Shown here: positions 60,410 to 64,000 of the stretch, in pieces
How the letters are laid out: every line of letters starts with the position of its first letter
Numbering within the stretch: position 1 is the stretch's first letter
NCBI GenBank assembly: GCA_023231475.1
Contig: JALJEE010000958.1
Location: 1 to 64,000, forward strand
Source of the DNA: Seison nebaliae
Taxonomy: Eukaryota
Length of the DNA: 64,000 nucleotides
Direction: 5' to 3'
The notes under the pieces: generated by a model
Database searches by the model: none
Seen by the model: only the letters and a program-made list of their open reading frames with translations
Told to the model about the DNA's origin: nothing
Translations under genes and position numbers: made by a program

Positions 60410-60916
60410 TTACTTCTTCTCAACTAACGAATCCATCTGGTTCAAATAATAACGTCCGGTGTATAAGAACAAGAAAGCGGAGCCAGTGGCGATTCCTATT
60501 TTCACTGGACATCCTCCTCCACCTTTTATTGCTCGACCGGTTACTTTGCACGTGGCACTGGTAGCAGAACGAGCGGTAGCCCATGCCAACATGGAACCAA
60601 ATGTGAACATCGTGGAAGTGAAAAGAGACATCGTTAATGTTTTCCTGTTACATCCACATTTCCCGTCATTAATCGCTTTCATGTGTGGACGTCCGGCAAT
60701 ATAAGCCATCAGACCAAGATTTGAACCGAATAGAAGTACATTGGCCATTGTGCCTCCATAAGAACCGAATAGACGGTCAAAGCTTGGTGGGCAGATAACG
60801 TGAATAGACAATGGAAAATAACAAGCCACTCCAACATACGGTGCACATTTCACACACATAGAAATCACCTTGCAAATCGGTTTAGGCATTGGACATTCTT
60901 TCTTCTCTTGAGACAT
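60410..60916 (-). CDS. Small multipass membrane protein of unknown function, Cys-rich; resembles an uncharacterised invertebrate family
   Basis: 168-aa ORF with higher GC and ~4 hydrophobic segments; motifs RPHMK, MFTFGSMLAWA. Confidence 0.75.
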   Translation of the reverse strand: MSQEKKECPMPKPICKVISMCVKCAPYVGVACYFPLSIHVICPPSFDRLFGSYGGTMANVLLFGSNLGLMAYIAGRPHMKAINDGKCGCNRKTLTMSLFTSTMFTFGSMLAWATARSATSATCKVTGRAIKGGGGCPVKIGIATGSAFLFLYTGRYYLNQMDSLVEKK

Positions 60917-61249
60917 TGTTGTTGATCAAATGAAAATGAAATGAGAAAAACTATTGCAATATCCGCTTCTTTCAATTAATGATATATAAGCTAACATATG
61001 ATATTTTGTATCAGAGATTAGAAATAGAAGTTATCCAAATTCATTTCAGACAATCAAAGAAATCCTTCTTCGATTTTGTTCGATTCTAAATATTTAGCTA
61101 GATAATCTCGAATCAAATTTAACGAATTTCATTTCAGACGAAAATTAAATAATTTAATTTGTTTGAAAATCTACAAAATAATTTTAAGAGTGACTATCAT
61201 ATAACAAAGAGAAGGAGAATATGAGATATATTAATTTATCATAATAATG

Positions 61250-61263
61250 GTTGTCATGACCAC
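61250..61263 (+). promoter_or_regulatory. X-box-like site upstream of the ionotropic receptor gene
   Basis: GTTGTCATGACCAC. Confidence 0.4.
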
Positions 61264-61420
61264 GGGAGAGCATTTAATGAAAATATCACTTGTTTTACAA
61301 CATAATTCTTAATAGGTCAATGACATGACGAATCAATCACATGCTGCGAGTCGATTGTGAAATGCAGGTTCATATTTTCTGTTAGATAAAATTATTAGTC
61401 AATGATTCTATTCAATCGTT

Positions 61421-64000
61421 ATGATGTCCTTAAAGAACAGCTTAATACTTCTACTTTCTCTCCAATTAATACAAAAATCTCATTTGCAAAGTTTCGTCTC
61501 TATGAATAAAGCATTTATTGAGTTGGAACATCTGTTGACTGATCTGAACATTGGAACTATGGTGTTTCCTGACCTACAACCAAAAAATAATGTTAAAACT
61601 CAAATTGTTGAATTGTCAACACATCAATATCGATTGGGTTTAGCAAATTTGGCATCGAAACTCAACATAAAAATTAGTATACTTCCCAGTGTTACGAATT
61701 ATTTGAAACCGGTACGATTACTCCAAGGAATCTATTTCGTATTAAATACATATTATGTCAGATATCCATCACCACACATTCGACATCGACAACGTCCGAT
61801 AATTGTCGTAGTGAACTCGAAAACATTAACTGAACTAAATCATTATATTCCATGTAGTTTCTTCATTATTCCACCAATAATTTTCCTAAATTTCGATAGG
61901 ACGAAAGTTTCAACGAAAAAATTTCCATTCATCGAAATTTTAGCGAGTCCTCTGGAACAAGTCAGTTTAACTATTCAAGTTCCCGATCAGTATAAACGGA
62001 TAACTTACAAAGAAGCTCGACATGATTTGAATAATTCATTACAAGCAGTCATCGATACTTTCATTCAAGGGAAAGTACTTATGTACAAATCATTACCAGA
62101 TAAAATATATCATCAAGAGATGTATAATTTTTATCGGAAACATTTAAATTTCTATAATATTCATAAATCTGAATGTGATTGTGTATTGAGGTCCAATTCT
62201 TGGTATCAATGTGTACAAGATCAAGTGAGAAGTTATCTTCCAATTTATTCTCCCAAACACCCACCACCTGGATACAACGGAAGAAATTTCGTCCGAGTCG
62301 CTATGAAAATCAGTCCACCAAATACCATTTATTTAAATGGACAAAATTTACAACTGCATACGAACAAATCCATTCTCATTACAAAGCAATTACTAAGGAA
62401 CATTACAGGATATTATTGTGAAATTCTTAAAATGATTCTTTATGATTATGAGTTGGAGATTTTTTAAAATTATTTTAAATTAAATTATTGTTATTTTAAC
62501 AAATACCTAAACTTTAACAGTTTTGAAGTGGTCATACAAAGTGATTCAGTTCCTTTTGGTAATTTGGATAAGAAGACCGGATCATTAAACGGAATAGTTG
62601 GTTTAGTGGAGAAAGAAGTTTGTATTTGGTGTACAATTTCTTTGTAGTAAATGAGAAATATTTGAAAGGAGTTCGATATTGCCATACCAATCAGTGCGAC
62701 AATGGAACGAAGTCATCATGTAAATTTCCTCGAATATCTTTCGTTCGATCCATTGGCAATGCTCTTCGTCGATCAAGTGGAACAGAAATTTACACTTCAA
62801 TCATTATTCTCGGTGTATGAAGGATTGACGGCAAACTTATGGTTCTTGTGGTTCATCTCATTAATAATCTTCTCCTTCGTTCTTTCGAAATTGAATGAGA
62901 TTGAACAGAATTTTAATGTCTATCGATTATATATTCAAATGAGAAGTGAACAAAATTATGTAGGAGAAGTAATCTCGTTTCGGAGAGTGTGTAAATACAT
63001 GAAAATATTAGATGGGAGAATCAGACCCACATTCTGCAAAGATCTAAGTATCAAATACAATGTGAAGAATATTCCAGGAAAGCGAATTCTTTACAGAATA
63101 TCTCGAATGAGTCGTCTACCAAAATTACTTTCGTTTGGGAAAATTTTTCTTTATTCTATCGCTAAATTTACTGGAGCAAGTTTAGATCTGTTTTCAATTT
63201 CGTCTTATCACTTGTTCTTATATAAATATAGATTATGGAATTGATACAAAATATTTTTTATCCCGATTCATTATGTTGCTTTGGTGGAGTTTGTGCACAG
63301 TGGTACTCATCTGTTTCACTGCCAATACTGCTGCACATGCTACTGTTAAGGATAAAACTGTCATTTTAAAATCATTCGCTGAATTAGCAGAAAGAAGTGA
63401 TTTAGTCCCAATGATGTTCAACCAAAGTAGTACTCATACAATATTTAAAGTTTATCTTCCATCTTATCTATTATATAATTTGTAAATTTCACAATCTGAT
63501 ATTATGTAAAAAAAAAGTTTTCTAAAGAATATCCTTATCCAGAAGTTTTAGCAAAAGCAAAATTAATTTCAAATTATGAAGAAATGATGTATAGAGTATT
63601 TTATGAGAATGGTGTTTTCATTTCAGCAATGGATAGTATCGTCTATATCGCTAACACTTATTGCGGATTGAAACATTTATCAATCAAGAGTGGATATCTT
63701 GGTCAAGGCATGGCGATACCATTCGATTTTCTTCATTCAAATGTATTATCTGCTCGGTTTCCCTTCAATTCATTTTATTAATTAAAAATTCAAATTTTTA
63801 AAATTTAATCAAGAATATTAAAACTATCAGAAAGTGGTGTGGCATCAAGATTTCGACAACAATTTTGGCAGAAGAAATCCGCTTGTAAGAGGTTATTCCC
63901 GACAAAAGATTACATCATCTCGAACACAGACAATTTTTTCCGGAACAATATCGGATATTTCATTTCTATTATAATCGGTCTCATCATTTGTCTCATTATT
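61421..64000 (+). CDS. Divergent ionotropic receptor (IR)/iGluR-like ligand-gated channel; multi-exon, runs off the window end
   Basis: Signal peptide; S1 TGYYCEILKMI, PFGNLD..GSLNGIVGLV, DIAI, ERSHHVNF; M3 CFTANTAAHAT; S2 GMAIP, ILKLSESG; start of M4. Confidence 0.82.

Overview
AT-rich, gene-dense eukaryotic (animal) genomic DNA with mostly 41-65 nt spliceosomal introns. Motile-cilium genes together with an ionotropic receptor point to a compact-genome ciliated protostome, probably a spiralian; this is inference and the species is not identified. Recognisable genes: U2AF1, CFAP298, ARP6, cytosolic ArgRS, ALDH4A1, fascin, QRICH2-like, TMEM216, ODA docking complex CCDC63/ODAD1-like, a peptide GPCR, PGM2, SPT2, TBC1D19, COQ7, KDM5, an SLC25 carrier and a divergent IR. 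The window also has two tRNA-Arg genes, a neuropeptide precursor, several orphan genes and a duplicated, TE-containing region at the 5' end. Most notable observations: (1) about 33 of ~40 hand-inferred introns start GTT rather than GTR and about 8 end AAG, alongside a natural S34A change in U2AF1; (2) a sense-strand tRNA-Arg(UCU) sits inside the COQ7 intron; (3) ~110-nt spacers between co-oriented genes have splice acceptors next to the ATG, suggesting operons or trans-splicing; (4) RFX X-boxes mark a ciliary regulon that includes orphan genes; (5) a WVamide neuropeptide precursor; (6) an SLC25 carrier with a ~340-aa insertion; (7) a small TM+FFAT tether candidate. All exon structures were inferred by eye and have no transcript support.
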